The notes beneath the pieces are model-generated. The model had not been told where the DNA came from. It saw only the letters and a program-made list of their open reading frames with translations, and ran no database searches. Positions 9,301 through 19,257 of a stretch of DNA of 64,000 nucleotides are shown here, in pieces. The translations under genes were made by a program, and so were the position numbers. The stretch spans positions 160,001 to 224,000 of the IMG/VR virus record IMGVR_UViG_3300028591_000078; one strand, 5' to 3'. Source of the stretch: a virus (Duplodnaviria; Caudoviricetes). The number at the start of each line of letters is the position of its first letter. Within the stretch, counting starts at the first letter, position 1.

Positions 9301-12300
9301 ATAAGTACCAGCTACATTAGTTGCAGGGCCACCAGCAGAAGCTGATCCAGCATAGTTATGCGTATGAGACTTAGGGGCATAAGCAGAATCATGGTTATGA
9401 GATGTTGGAGCAGCTCCAATATTACCAGGAGTAATATTGATAGTGCTAGCACTAGACTGGTTAGCAGTAAATGTGCCAAGACTTGTACCATTGCCCTGAA
9501 TAGTAAGTGTACCATTGTTTACGGTATAAGTATGATCTGTCCATGGTACATTAACAGCAAGATATCCAGACTTGTCTAAAACAACAGGATATATTCTGCC
9601 AGCAGTTTCTGTAGCAGCTGCTGAGTCATTTGTAAGGGCTGTTTCAGATTTGAGTTTTGTCTTAAATGTAGTTCCACTTAAAGTTAAACCAATACCAGCA
9701 GAATAAGTAGTGTTATTATCTGCAGGCATGGTGAATATATATGACTGACCACCAGCTGTAATAGCATACTTACCACCATGAGCAAGTGTAATCTGATTAG
9801 TACCAGTAGATGTAGCTATACTTATAGCATGCGTATGGTTACCCGGAGCTGCATCAGTTGCACCAGTACCAACAGGTCTCCATGTATTCGTATCAGCAGG
9901 AGTTGTAAAGATATACGACTTACCACCAGCAGTGAGCTGATACTTGGTATTAGCTGCAAGAGCTATTGAACTTGTACCACTAGAAGCAGCAATACTTATA
10001 TCATGAGTATGACCACTAGTAGCAGCTCCAATATTACCAGGAGTAATATTGATAGTGCTAGCACTAGACTGGTTAGCAGTAAATGTGCCAAGACTTGTAC
10101 CATTACCATGAATGGTAAGAGTACCATTGTTTACAGTATAAGTATGGTCTGTAGGTGTAGTGAATATAATACTCTGACCACCTGCAGTGAGTTTATACTT
10201 TGTACTCGGAGATAATGTAATAGTGCTTTCACCATTATCTGCAGCAAGTGCAATACTATGAGTATGACCAGTAGGAGCAGCTCCAATATTGCCAGGAGTA
10301 ATATTAATGGTACTATCACCTGCCTGGTTAGCAGTAAACGTTCCAAGACTTGTTCCATTACCCTGAATGGTAAGAGTGCCATTGTTTACAGTATAAGTAC
10401 TATTTACAGGTGTAGTAAAGATTATTGACTGACCACCTGCAGTAAGCTTATACTTTGTGCTAGGACTAAGAGTTATAGCACTGGTTCCAGAATCTGTAGC
10501 AAGTGTTATACCATGAGTATGATTACCATAAGCGGCATTGGAAGCTCCTGTGCCGAGAGCAGGGCTAGTAATAGTAATATTACCATTTGCATCACTAGTT
10601 ACAGTTGTTCCACCAGCACCAGCAATCTTTCTTCTATCTCTAGCAGTACCATTGTCGCAGATAATCAGATAAGTATTGCCATTAGTAGTTGCAGCATTTG
10701 CATTACCATCAGAAGCTCCAGCATAAAGATGTGAAGTCCAATGAGTATCTGCAGGTGTTGTAAATACATAAGAGGTTCCACCAGCAGTAATAGCATACTT
10801 TGTAGAAGCAGCCAGACTAAGCTGATTAGTTGCACTAGAAGCAGCTATAGATGTAGCATGAGTATGATTACCATAAGCTGCAGTAGTAGCAGATGTGCCA
10901 AGAGATGGCATTGTCATCGTAGTGGTACCCTTACCTGTTACATGACCCTGAGCATCATAAGATACTGTAGGAATGGTAAATGTATCGCCAAATGTAAGAG
11001 TCTTAGTAGCAGAACCAGATGCAGTGCCTGCAGTAATAGCATTAGTGTGCTGGAATGTCAAACCATCATCAGCAATTTCAATACCACCACCGGCAGCAAA
11101 TGTAGGAAGTGTAACAGTGGTTGTACCTTTACCAGTTACATGACCCTGTGCATCATAAGATACTGTAGGAATACTAAAACTTCCACCATTACCTATGGTT
11201 GCTGTAGCAGAACCACTAGCAGTACCAGCAGTAACGGCATTAGTATGCTGGAATGTCAAACCATTTAGCTTAATACCAGTATTAGCTGTATAGGTAGGAA
11301 TTGTTATAGTAGTGGTACCCTTACCTGTTACATGACCCTGAGCATCATAAGATACTGTAGGAATACTAAAGCTTCCGCCATTACCTATAGTTGCTGTAGC
11401 AGATCCACTAGCAGTGCCAGCAGTTACACTATTAGTATGGCTTATCTTATTGCTAGCTAAGCTTATACCTGTACCTGCTGTAATAGCTGTCGAAGATCCT
11501 ACATGGCCATGAGCTGTAATACCTATAGCATAGAGTGCTTCAGATTTAGCTGTAGTATTTCTAGCAGAATCTGTAGCATGTGTATATGCAACAGCACCTC
11601 TATCTCCACGATATGCTGTAGAAGATGTTTCACCGAGTGCAAGATGAGAACCAATCGGAATATATGATTCTCCACCCCAACGATACTGAGTATTAGTAGC
11701 CTTAGCTACATATATCTTACCCTCTTCACCAGTATCAGGGAAATCATCTACTGTATCAAAATTCAATACGTCATCATAAGATCCAGGTATCTGAGAACTA
11801 GGAATCTTACCAGAAGAATCCAGAGTAGCGATACCATTATTGGATCCCATCAATGCTGTAACTGTGCCGATAGCCTGTGCAACAGCCTTACCAGATGTAG
11901 GTGTTGTACCAGTACTGGAATAAGTATCGGTTGTATCCATGTATGCAGAAGATCCAAGTCCCTTAACTGCTACATTAGCACTAGTACCATTAGTATTTAC
12001 ACTGATAGTACCATTAGCTGTACCTGTAGCTATAGATCTTACACCAGAGTTTGTAATAGATGTTCCAGAAACTGTAACACCATTAGACCCAGTATAAGTA
12101 GGAAGTGTGATCTTAGTAGTACCCTTATCTGTAATATGACCTTGTGCATCATAAGTAATAGTAGGTATTTCAAAGTTTCCACCATTACCAAGTGTAGATG
12201 TAGCTGTACCAGAAGCAGTACCAGCAGTAATAGCATTAGTGTGCTTAAAATTCAGACCATCAAGCTTGATACCATCACCTGCACCAAACTTAGGTGTAGT

Positions 12301-14916
12301 AATAGTAGTAGTTCCCTTGGTAACTATATGACCATGCTTATCATAAGATATGGTAGGCATGCTAAAGCTTCCGCCATTACCTATAGTAGATGTAGATGTA
12401 CCAGATGCTGTACCAGCAGTTACATTATTTGTATGCATGAAGGTAAGACCATCTTCACCGATCTCGATACCACCATCAGCAGCATATTCAGGAAGGGTAA
12501 TCGTATTAGTTCCCTTTGCTGTAATATGACCCTGAGCATCATATGTAATAGTCGGAGTTGTGAAGCTACCACCATTAACAAGAGTGCTAGTAGCAGTACC
12601 CTGAGCAGTACCAGCAGTTATAGCATTAGTATGCTTAAAGGTAAGACCGTCTGTATCTATCTTAACACCATCACCAGCCTTAAATGTAGGCAGAGTCATG
12701 GTGGTTGTACCCTTAGCTGTAATATGACCTTGAGCATCATAATTTACAGTAGGCATATTGAAGCTAGCACCATTTGTGAGAGTCTTACTAGAAGATCCTG
12801 CAGCGGTACCAGCAGTTATTGCATTAGTATGCTTAAAGGTAAGTCCATCTTCATCGATTTCGATACCATCTGTAGCTGCATATTCAGGAAGAGTGATTGT
12901 ATTAGAACCACTACCTGTAACATGACCTTGTGCATCCCATGTAACAGTCGGAGTCGTGAAGCTACCACCATTTTCAATAGTGCTTGTTTCTGTACCCTGA
13001 GCTGTTCCAGGAGCTATAGCATTAGTATGCTTAAAGGTTAAGCCATCCGTATCTATCTTAACACCATCACCAGCCTTAAATGTAGGAAGTGTGATAGTAT
13101 TGGTTCCCTTTTCTGTTACGTGACCCTGAGCATCATAAGTAACAGTGGGTGTAGTAAAGCTTCCGCCATTAGCAAGTGTAGATGTAGCAGTACCCTGAGC
13201 AGTGCCTGCTGTAACAGCATTAGTATGCTTAAAAGTAAGACCGTCTGTATCTATCTTAATACCATCTCCTGCAGCATATGTAGGATTGGTTATAGTAGTT
13301 TTACCATGTGCAGTTACATGACCCTGATCATCCCAAGTAACAGTAGGAATATCAAAGCTTCCACCATTAGCAAGAGTGCTAGTAGCAGATCCAGATGCTG
13401 TTCCAGTACCTACAGCATTAGTATGCTTAAAGGTCAGGCCATCAGTATCTATTTCAATACCATCTGTAGCTGCATATTCAGGAAGCGTAACAGTAGTGCT
13501 AGCATTGCCAGTTACATGACCATGCTTATCCCAAGTAACAGTAGGAAGATCTATAGTACCACCATTCTCTATGGTAACACCTTCAGAACCCTTAGCTGTA
13601 CCAGGAGTTACATTGTTAGTGTGCTTGAAAGTAAGCCCATCGGTATCTATTTTAATACCATCGTCTGCAGCAAATGTAGGAAGTGTAACAGTTGTTTTAC
13701 CCTTAGCAGTAACATGACCATGCTTATCATAAGATACTGTAGGAATATCAAAACTATCACCATTATCTGCAGTAAATGTAGCAGATCCAGATGCAGTGTC
13801 TGGAGTTACATTATTAGTATGCTTAAATGTAAGTCCATCAGTGTCAATCTTAACACCATCATCAGCTGCAAATGTAGGAAGTGTAATAGTATGTGTACCC
13901 TTACCAGTTACATGTCCCTGAGCATCGTAGCTAACTGTAGGTGTGGTGAAACTTCCACCATTAATAAGCGTACTTGTATCTGTACCTTCAGCAGTACCAG
14001 CAGTAATAGCATTAGTATGCTTAAATGTAAGTCCATCTTCATCAATTTTGATACCATCAGATGCAGCAAACTCAGGAAGAGTTACTGTAGTGGTACCCTT
14101 GCCAGTTACATGACCCTGAGCATCATAGCTAACTGTGGGTATATCAAAGCTATCACCATTCTCTGCAGTAAAGGTATCAGAACCCTTAGCCGTAGAAGGG
14201 CTAATAGCATTAGTATGAGATATCAGAGTTCCACCAGTAACCTGAATACCATTGTTTGCAGAATATGTAGGCAAGGTCATGGTGGTTGTACCCTTATCTA
14301 TAATATGACCCTGAGCATCATATCTTACTGCAGGAATCTGGAAAGATCCACCATTGCCAAGTGTAGTAGTTGCACTACCCTGAGCAACGCCAGGTTCAAT
14401 AGCATTAGTATGCTTGATCTTATTGGTATTATCCATAGTAATGCCATCGCCCAGAGTTACAGCTTCTACTTCATGTACATGACCATGTGAAGATGTAGAC
14501 ATCTTATACAGATTCATAGGCATAGCAGTATGAATCTGATCAGGGTCATCAGTATGACTATCAGAATCTCCAGAAGATGATACTAAGATCTTACCAGTAG
14601 CATCAGAAGTTACAGTTACATTACCAGCACCAACAATAGGTACTTCAGTAATAGGATTATCAAATACAGTTTCTAATCTAAGACCAGCTTCACCATTAGT
14701 AGCGTTAGCTTTCTTAGATACAAGGTTATACAGATCCATTGTAGTGAGACGTTCTGCAACAGAAGTATCTACTCCATAGTCTTCCCCATCAGGATCCGGT
14801 ACTATCTTATAATTGGTAGCATTCAGCGGAGTAATTTCTCCAGCTTCGATTTTTCTCTTCCATTCACTAATGGTTATAGTAACCCTAGTGGACTCAGAGA
14901 GGTTCTCGCCAGCCAT
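6358..14916 (-). CDS. giant long tail fibre protein (2852 aa)
   Basis: G/T/S/A-rich; ~66-aa repeats, many HxH motifs, KPTYTASEVGA and HTHTKSQITDFP fibre motifs; AGGAGG RBS. Confidence 0.85.
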   Translation of the reverse strand: MAGENLSESTRVTITISEWKRKIEAGEITPLNATNYKIVPDPDGEDYGVDTSVAERLTTMDLYNLVSKKANATNGEAGLRLETVFDNPITEVPIVGAGNVTVTSDATGKILVSSSGDSDSHTDDPDQIHTAMPMNLYKMSTSSHGHVHEVEAVTLGDGITMDNTNKIKHTNAIEPGVAQGSATTTLGNGGSFQIPAVRYDAQGHIIDKGTTTMTLPTYSANNGIQVTGGTLISHTNAISPSTAKGSDTFTAENGDSFDIPTVSYDAQGHVTGKGTTTVTLPEFAASDGIKIDEDGLTFKHTNAITAGTAEGTDTSTLINGGSFTTPTVSYDAQGHVTGKGTHTITLPTFAADDGVKIDTDGLTFKHTNNVTPDTASGSATFTADNGDSFDIPTVSYDKHGHVTAKGKTTVTLPTFAADDGIKIDTDGLTFKHTNNVTPGTAKGSEGVTIENGGTIDLPTVTWDKHGHVTGNASTTVTLPEYAATDGIEIDTDGLTFKHTNAVGTGTASGSATSTLANGGSFDIPTVTWDDQGHVTAHGKTTITNPTYAAGDGIKIDTDGLTFKHTNAVTAGTAQGTATSTLANGGSFTTPTVTYDAQGHVTEKGTNTITLPTFKAGDGVKIDTDGLTFKHTNAIAPGTAQGTETSTIENGGSFTTPTVTWDAQGHVTGSGSNTITLPEYAATDGIEIDEDGLTFKHTNAITAGTAAGSSSKTLTNGASFNMPTVNYDAQGHITAKGTTTMTLPTFKAGDGVKIDTDGLTFKHTNAITAGTAQGTATSTLVNGGSFTTPTITYDAQGHITAKGTNTITLPEYAADGGIEIGEDGLTFMHTNNVTAGTASGTSTSTIGNGGSFSMPTISYDKHGHIVTKGTTTITTPKFGAGDGIKLDGLNFKHTNAITAGTASGTATSTLGNGGNFEIPTITYDAQGHITDKGTTKITLPTYTGSNGVTVSGTSITNSGVRSIATGTANGTISVNTNGTSANVAVKGLGSSAYMDTTDTYSSTGTTPTSGKAVAQAIGTVTALMGSNNGIATLDSSGKIPSSQIPGSYDDVLNFDTVDDFPDTGEEGKIYVAKATNTQYRWGGESYIPIGSHLALGETSSTAYRGDRGAVAYTHATDSARNTTAKSEALYAIGITAHGHVGSSTAITAGTGISLASNKISHTNSVTAGTASGSATATIGNGGSFSIPTVSYDAQGHVTGKGTTTITIPTYTANTGIKLNGLTFQHTNAVTAGTASGSATATIGNGGSFSIPTVSYDAQGHVTGKGTTTVTLPTFAAGGGIEIADDGLTFQHTNAITAGTASGSATKTLTFGDTFTIPTVSYDAQGHVTGKGTTTMTMPSLGTSATTAAYGNHTHATSIAASSATNQLSLAASTKYAITAGGTSYVFTTPADTHWTSHLYAGASDGNANAATTNGNTYLIICDNGTARDRRKIAGAGGTTVTSDANGNITITSPALGTGASNAAYGNHTHGITLATDSGTSAITLSPSTKYKLTAGGQSIIFTTPVNSTYTVNNGTLTIQGNGTSLGTFTANQAGDSTINITPGNIGAAPTGHTHSIALAADNGESTITLSPSTKYKLTAGGQSIIFTTPTDHTYTVNNGTLTIHGNGTSLGTFTANQSSASTINITPGNIGAATSGHTHDISIAASSGTSSIALAANTKYQLTAGGKSYIFTTPADTNTWRPVGTGATDAAPGNHTHAISIATSTGTNQITLAHGGKYAITAGGQSYIFTMPADNNTTYSAGIGLTLSGTTFKTKLKSETALTNDSAAATETAGRIYPVVLDKSGYLAVNVPWTDHTYTVNNGTLTIQGNGTSLGTFTANQSSASTINITPGNIGAAPTSHNHDSAYAPKSHTHNYAGSASAGGPATNVAGTYSGNGGQLTPSAVSNATVRFVMMNNPKGLSGFPTYADCLLMDTYSGNDVPWSTGLGIIKQDAAPRMFLFNGAKGNTTTWKNINEVLTTSNYSSYAATSGHTHAISIAESTGTNQITLAHGGKYQITAGGKSYIFTMPADNNTTYSAGTHLTLSGTTFNVTARNNTKGGPLGWTSTSADNILITSNTLAYWNGAYADTSSNLEYCKKGAFGTIVTKNAGDYALTSHGNHVPDTQTANNSIFLRNDNTWQRVTPANIGAATSGHNHDTVYTHKFHYGGTGNTTKIKIKINSTTSWMLSFVVNLYQSYRATSVLISGYQYGNSHWYSPTAVVLGDSTNAAINVYFGYDSANNLWVGFDGGDYTGVSISNVTNGYTQIDNFAGLFTISNVSSLTTLQTTVTAQPPSLKGHTHTKSQITDFPSSMPASDVYAWAKASTKPTYTASEVGAAPTRHDHTEMAMRAQCTTADAANAFHYPGYVTACKVSNSVCGSYTDGMIIDIPWSDSYGHQIYIDDNSLTIGHRYMNQKTWSGWATLLDTNNWSSYAAPASHTHTVSQITDLPTISDSATNSTLVKRTSSGYIFATYLNQSSGAETPTTSSYIIYANSDGYLRKSSLANIKTILGLGSAAYTDSTAYAASSHSHTPASIGAAAASHTHYSLATIGDQRNVATTPNSYSNTFTFMGLKSKATIGSPSDDTYSYLIGLRGWSDNSGGKSHELAFNDTGLYHRIGATTSWEAWKKIAYTSDIPTVYAWAQASTKPTYTASEVGAAPTGHDHTIALAASSGTSSISLAANTKYQLTAGGKSIIFTTPADTNTNNAVTQTATSTNANYEVLFSVTADNTTRTEGARKNSNLTFNPSTGNLNVTQINGVTVGSSPKFTDTNTTYSAGTGISLSGTTFSNSGVRSIATGSSNGTISVNTNGTSANVAVKGLGSAAYTASTAYAAASHDHHSTAYGTQALRHLASGTAAATTTNCPSGAWYGYHS
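10920..14415 (-). repeat. 15 copies of a ~66-aa (198-nt) tail fibre repeat (12 + 3)
   Basis: HTNAxTAGTA...[YW]DAQGH[VI]TxKG...DGxKIDxDGLTF repeated with a ~198-nt period. Confidence 0.85.
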
Positions 14917-14998
14917 ATAATATTCCTCCTTAAAATTTTTTATTAATTATATGTGGAAAAGCCACGGCATGCATTTTGCACGCCGTGGTTTGTATATA

Positions 14999-15784
14999 TT
15001 AAGCCGATTTAAGGTCTTTAAGTAATACCCAGCTATACAGCTCTTTAATGAGCGCTTTTTCTCCACTAACTTTAGTAATTGTATAAGTAATCTTATCACC
15101 CTTATATGCTGTAGGTATTCTAGTAGATATACCAGCATATGTAGTAGCAGTAGATAAAATCTTAACCCTATCATTAGCTTTGAACTTAGCTTTTGGTGTA
15201 ACACTAGGTACTGTAGGTACAGTTTTAGGTGTGGTGTCTATGAGACCTCTAACTCCCGCTATGATCTTATCATAAGGGAATTGTTTTCCAGGACACGCTG
15301 CTCTGGTTATAGGATCTATTTCACAATGTCCGATGAAATGATCCCTATCATATTTTGGAGTAACTCCATGCATCTTCATATTGGGTATAATGACTTCTTT
15401 GATCAGCTCAACTGCAGCATGAATCTGAGCATCATTAATATTTCCCCACTGACAATGCACGAACTCCATTGAGTAGGTGAAATAGTTAGCATTTGTTTTT
15501 CTTGCTTTGACAAGCCTACTTGTAGCCAAACCATAGTAAAGTTTCTGACCAGGTGTCGTTCGAGTGCCGTTGCAGTAAGCGGCATTGTTTGGATTAACAA
15601 GCTGATATATAGTGCCGTCTACATCTATTACCCAGTTAGGACTGCACTGTGCATTAGGATTAAGGTACCATTTTAATGCACCTTCTAAACTGGTAGTGCC
15701 AGTCTGATGAAAGACAATTACATCAGCCTTCCATCCATTTCGCCCATTATAGTGATTTGGGCTATTGAGATATTTTATTTTCAT
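14999..15784 (-). CDS. endolysin, N-acetylmuramoyl-L-alanine amidase (Amidase_2) with C-terminal cell-wall-binding domain
   Basis: IVFHQT, IDVDGTIYQLV, IGHCEI and ACPG Zn-amidase motifs; SH3-like C-terminus. Confidence 0.85.
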   Translation of the reverse strand: MKIKYLNSPNHYNGRNGWKADVIVFHQTGTTSLEGALKWYLNPNAQCSPNWVIDVDGTIYQLVNPNNAAYCNGTRTTPGQKLYYGLATSRLVKARKTNANYFTYSMEFVHCQWGNINDAQIHAAVELIKEVIIPNMKMHGVTPKYDRDHFIGHCEIDPITRAACPGKQFPYDKIIAGVRGLIDTTPKTVPTVPSVTPKAKFKANDRVKILSTATTYAGISTRIPTAYKGDKITYTITKVSGEKALIKELYSWVLLKDLKSA

Positions 15785-16109
15785 CTTTTTTAGTTCCTCC
15801 TTCTAAGTATGCCGCAACCTTGGAGTTACTATCTTTTATAGCATTCATTTGTTTAAGTGCATGGTTAACCCACATAGAGAATATAAAGAACGGAAAAATA
15901 GAGGCGATGACGGGGAACTTTTTGATAAATAAGTCGTATACCATACGAAGCTTAATTTTACCAGTTCCCCCACCCATCTCTTTTTCCGATACTGTACATG
16001 CATAGATTAACCATTGATGTATTTTGGAGCCATTAGTTATAGATAAGTACCCAAGGAGGACAGCTAATATATATGGCCAGTTCTCCTGAAGAAACTCACC
16101 TATAGTCAT
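15762..16109 (-). CDS. holin-like protein
   Basis: N-terminal TM, EKEMGGGTGKIKL motif, adjacent to endolysin; start re-assigned to MTIGEF after GGAGG. Confidence 0.6.
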   Translation of the reverse strand: MTIGEFLQENWPYILAVLLGYLSITNGSKIHQWLIYACTVSEKEMGGGTGKIKLRMVYDLFIKKFPVIASIFPFFIFSMWVNHALKQMNAIKDSNSKVAAYLEGGTKKDENKISQ

Positions 16110-16482
16110 AGTCGTCTCCTCCATCATTATTATAAAGATTATTCTGATCAAATTCAGAATTCTCATTATTCATTTCATTCTGAAGTTTCTGCTCTTCGAG
16201 TTCTATCCCCAGAATTTTTGTAGAAGTATATGCTCTAACACTATTTTGTACTGCATAGCTAACGAACGATACACCACTTGTACCCCAGAGGGTTTGAATA
16301 ATTGCAACAGCAATCTCTGATACAGGATTCTTATCAAAAAATGCAAGTACATAAGATGCTATTGTAAATATACAAGATATTGCAATCACAGATATGAGCC
16401 ACTTTTTAGAGAACTCCATCTTGTTCTTGTTAGTCCTGAAATCAGTGTTCGAATCTGCTGGTCTTTTACTATAATCAGCCAT
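16096..16482 (-). CDS. two-TM membrane protein (holin/lysis accessory)
   Basis: Two hydrophobic helices; in lysis cluster; start at MADYSK. Confidence 0.55.
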   Translation of the reverse strand: MADYSKRPADSNTDFRTNKNKMEFSKKWLISVIAISCIFTIASYVLAFFDKNPVSEIAVAIIQTLWGTSGVSFVSYAVQNSVRAYTSTKILGIELEEQKLQNEMNNENSEFDQNNLYNNDGGDDYDYR

Positions 16483-16726
16483 GATCGTGATACCTCTTAT
16501 CCAGGTCCGAAAACTTTTCCTTGAGGGTTCTAAGTTCAAGATCGTAGAGTTTGTTTTCCTCTTCCACCTTGTACATTCTCTCAACAAGATTATTATGCTT
16601 GTCAACTTTCTTTTCTAGCTGCTCAATACGATAATTACTTAACTTAGAGCTCACCATAATTCCTACAAAGGTCGAAACAAGTGAGCAACTTCCAGCAATC
16701 AATGCAGAAATAACTACAGGATCCAT
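16475..16726 (-). CDS. small membrane + coiled-coil protein (XhlA/BhlA-like holin accessory)
   Basis: N-terminal TM then YRIEQLEKKVDKHNN. Confidence 0.6.
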   Translation of the reverse strand: MDPVVISALIAGSCSLVSTFVGIMVSSKLSNYRIEQLEKKVDKHNNLVERMYKVEEENKLYDLELRTLKEKFSDLDKRYHDHG

Positions 16727-16759
16727 TGGATGTCACCACCTTTAATTATTTTATATGAC

Positions 16760-16885
16760 TTAGGCTTCTTCCTTAAAGCCTATAAGTCTCTTGTGTTCTT
16801 TAACGCGCTTGTTTATATGCGCTACTGAGATCAGAGTCCCTAGAACAGCTCCGAATCCAGAGCAAATAGAAATAATAGCCATCAT
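16760..16885 (-). CDS. small membrane protein (41 aa, not in ORF track)
   Basis: Manual translation MMAIISICSGFGAVLGTLISVAHINKRVKEHKRLIGFKEEA; GGTGG RBS. Confidence 0.5.
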   Translation of the reverse strand: MMAIISICSGFGAVLGTLISVAHINKRVKEHKRLIGFKEEA

Positions 16886-16920
16886 ATTTTCACCACCCTT
16901 CGTCATATATTTGATGTATA

Positions 16921-18294
16921 TTACAAATAATACTTCTCAACTGTATCTACTTCAAATACGAAGAGGTCTCCGTCATTCGTAGTGTAGTCTAACAGTCTGA
17001 TAGTATTATCATAGACAACGTAATTAATATCATCAAATAGGCGAAGGTTGTTCTGATATACTCTTAAAGTTGTAATACCAGGCAGATACTGAGGAATATA
17101 AAAAGGTATAACTCCTAAGTTAGCATCTACTCTAGTAGCATAAGAATGAGTTGTAATCTTATAATCACAATACAGCTTGACATTATAGGCATTCTGCTCA
17201 GCAGAATATACAAGACAGATATAATCACCCTTCTTATATAATCCTGTTGCTCTTGTGCCGTTTACATATACAATAGTTTCAGCTAATGTATTAAGTCTTA
17301 CTACAGCATTGTTATTAAGATTTCTTGTAAGTTTTACATTAATCTCAGTACCATCCTGAAGATTAATATCTGGTATGGTAAGTACTATAGTATCACCTGT
17401 ACCACTAGAAACAGTCTTATAAACCCCACGATAATTAGTAGCTATATCATCTATCTTATCATTGAGTTTATTATATACACCATTTACTGCAGCTGCTGTA
17501 GCAACTGTACTAGCATCATCTATAAGATAACTAGAAGTTGTTGAAGCAAGTCTGTTAGTAGGTATAGAATATTTGGTAATATATCCACCCTCTATAACTG
17601 TCTGATATCTTTCAGAACCAGATATATTGGTAGAATTGAAAGTAAAATCAAATGTGACTACATCATTTACTCTAATATTGCTGGGATCTAAGAATACCAA
17701 CATTCCATCAGCAGAAATAGTATAGTCAGATTGTCTATTAAGTCTAATACCATTCAGATATACATCCATGATATTTCCACCAGCGAAATATTCATCAAAT
17801 GGGAATGGTATTAATACAGAACTAGTACCATCATAACCAATTTTGGTCAGAGCTACATAGTTTCCTAAACGATATGTATTTGCTATAAGAGCTTCTACAC
17901 TCTCACCAGAAGATGTATATACACAACTAGCAAGAGTTCTAGGAGCAAGCTTCATACCAGTGATCTGATTCTCCATAGTAAAAGGCACCATGGAATAAGA
18001 TCCATATAAAGCATCTGCTTCTTCATTAGTAAAGATTCTTCTGAAGCCAGTAGCTTCATATACATAGAATCTCTGAACTGGTTCAAGATAATAAACCTTT
18101 CCCAATACACGATCAGTTATATAATCGGGTACTAACTGAGCTTCTATTGAAAAGTTTACTTCTATACGTACACCATCAGCAATATCATAGAATGCTCTGG
18201 TGCTATCTGTACATGCTATATACTGACCAGGAACTATATTAGTTTCTGGTACAAGTCGCAAAAGAGTTTTGACAAGCGATAACTCAGACGCCAT
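16921..18294 (-). CDS. putative virion structural (tail/baseplate) protein
   Basis: Beta-rich repeats IPFPF..Y..GGN..DVYLNG; paralogous to next gene. Confidence 0.6.
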   Translation of the reverse strand: MASELSLVKTLLRLVPETNIVPGQYIACTDSTRAFYDIADGVRIEVNFSIEAQLVPDYITDRVLGKVYYLEPVQRFYVYEATGFRRIFTNEEADALYGSYSMVPFTMENQITGMKLAPRTLASCVYTSSGESVEALIANTYRLGNYVALTKIGYDGTSSVLIPFPFDEYFAGGNIMDVYLNGIRLNRQSDYTISADGMLVFLDPSNIRVNDVVTFDFTFNSTNISGSERYQTVIEGGYITKYSIPTNRLASTTSSYLIDDASTVATAAAVNGVYNKLNDKIDDIATNYRGVYKTVSSGTGDTIVLTIPDINLQDGTEINVKLTRNLNNNAVVRLNTLAETIVYVNGTRATGLYKKGDYICLVYSAEQNAYNVKLYCDYKITTHSYATRVDANLGVIPFYIPQYLPGITTLRVYQNNLRLFDDINYVVYDNTIRLLDYTTNDGDLFVFEVDTVEKYYL

Positions 18295-18402
18295 TGTTAT
18301 TCCTCCTCTACATAATTCAAAGATATTAATATAATGTTTTCCCAAATCAAGCCAGTTGACGTTAGATAAGAAATCTGGATGGCATTATAGCCATCCAGAC
18401 TT

Positions 18403-19227
18403 TTATTCTGTACCGCTTTCAGAGTCATTAGACTCTTCAGTAGAATCAGATTTTGTAAGATCAACAACGTTCTGAGCAATACTCTTATGAGTAGAAACTT
18501 CATCCATAAGAACCATTACTGCCTGCTGAATTGTCATACCGTTCGCTAAGTAAACATTCGATGCAGGTAATGTAACAGAGTCAGGATTATATGCTGATCC
18601 AGAGTAATCATTATACCAGAATATAAAACGAACTACTTCATTTGTATTCAGAGCTAAACTCTGATCTACAGTAAGTGTGTCACCGCTTATACTATAAAGA
18701 GTCTCATCAATTAACTTGGAATCAATAAGAACTTCTACATAGTTTCCAGCAGCAAGGTAGTTCTGAAAAGGGAAAGGAATTGTAAACTGGGTCTGACCAT
18801 CACTAGTAGCAACAGTTCTACCAGTTCTTCTTCCAATCTTTGAGATACCTGCTAATTTATCTTCTACTGTATGTCCATCAGCTGTATATACACTAGAAGC
18901 TTTAGTGTGCAGAGGAACCCACTCGTCGTCTAAATACAACCAGCCAGTACCAGTATCTCTAGTTATATATAGCTTATCATTCAGTGGTGATATAAGATCT
19001 GTGCGATCCTCCTCACTGTCTACAAAAATAACGTCCGAAACTTTGTTTCGGACGCCATTCTTTGTATCGACATAGTAATCTTTGGTATCCGCACAGAAAA
19101 TCCATTGTCCTGGAGTTATATCCACATCATTGAGAGCACTCTTGTTACACTGAACAAAGTGCGTAACTACGGGAGCATTAGCTTTGGCAGTCTTTATACT
19201 CCGCATAAATTCTTCCAATGGACTCAT
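18403..19227 (-). CDS. putative virion structural protein
   Basis: Shares PGQ.I.C.D N-domain and IPFPF..Y.A.GN domain with 16921..18294. Confidence 0.6.
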   Translation of the reverse strand: MSPLEEFMRSIKTAKANAPVVTHFVQCNKSALNDVDITPGQWIFCADTKDYYVDTKNGVRNKVSDVIFVDSEEDRTDLISPLNDKLYITRDTGTGWLYLDDEWVPLHTKASSVYTADGHTVEDKLAGISKIGRRTGRTVATSDGQTQFTIPFPFQNYLAAGNYVEVLIDSKLIDETLYSISGDTLTVDQSLALNTNEVVRFIFWYNDYSGSAYNPDSVTLPASNVYLANGMTIQQAVMVLMDEVSTHKSIAQNVVDLTKSDSTEESNDSESGTE

Positions 19228-19257
19228 ATGCAAGAACCTCCAGATTTAAAGATTAGG

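Noticed and set aside
10741-14490. Long + strand ORFs (10741, 12136, 13120) opposite the tail fibre
   Set aside because: Antisense shadows of the repetitive Thr/Ala/Gly codons; Ser/Cys-rich, no RBS
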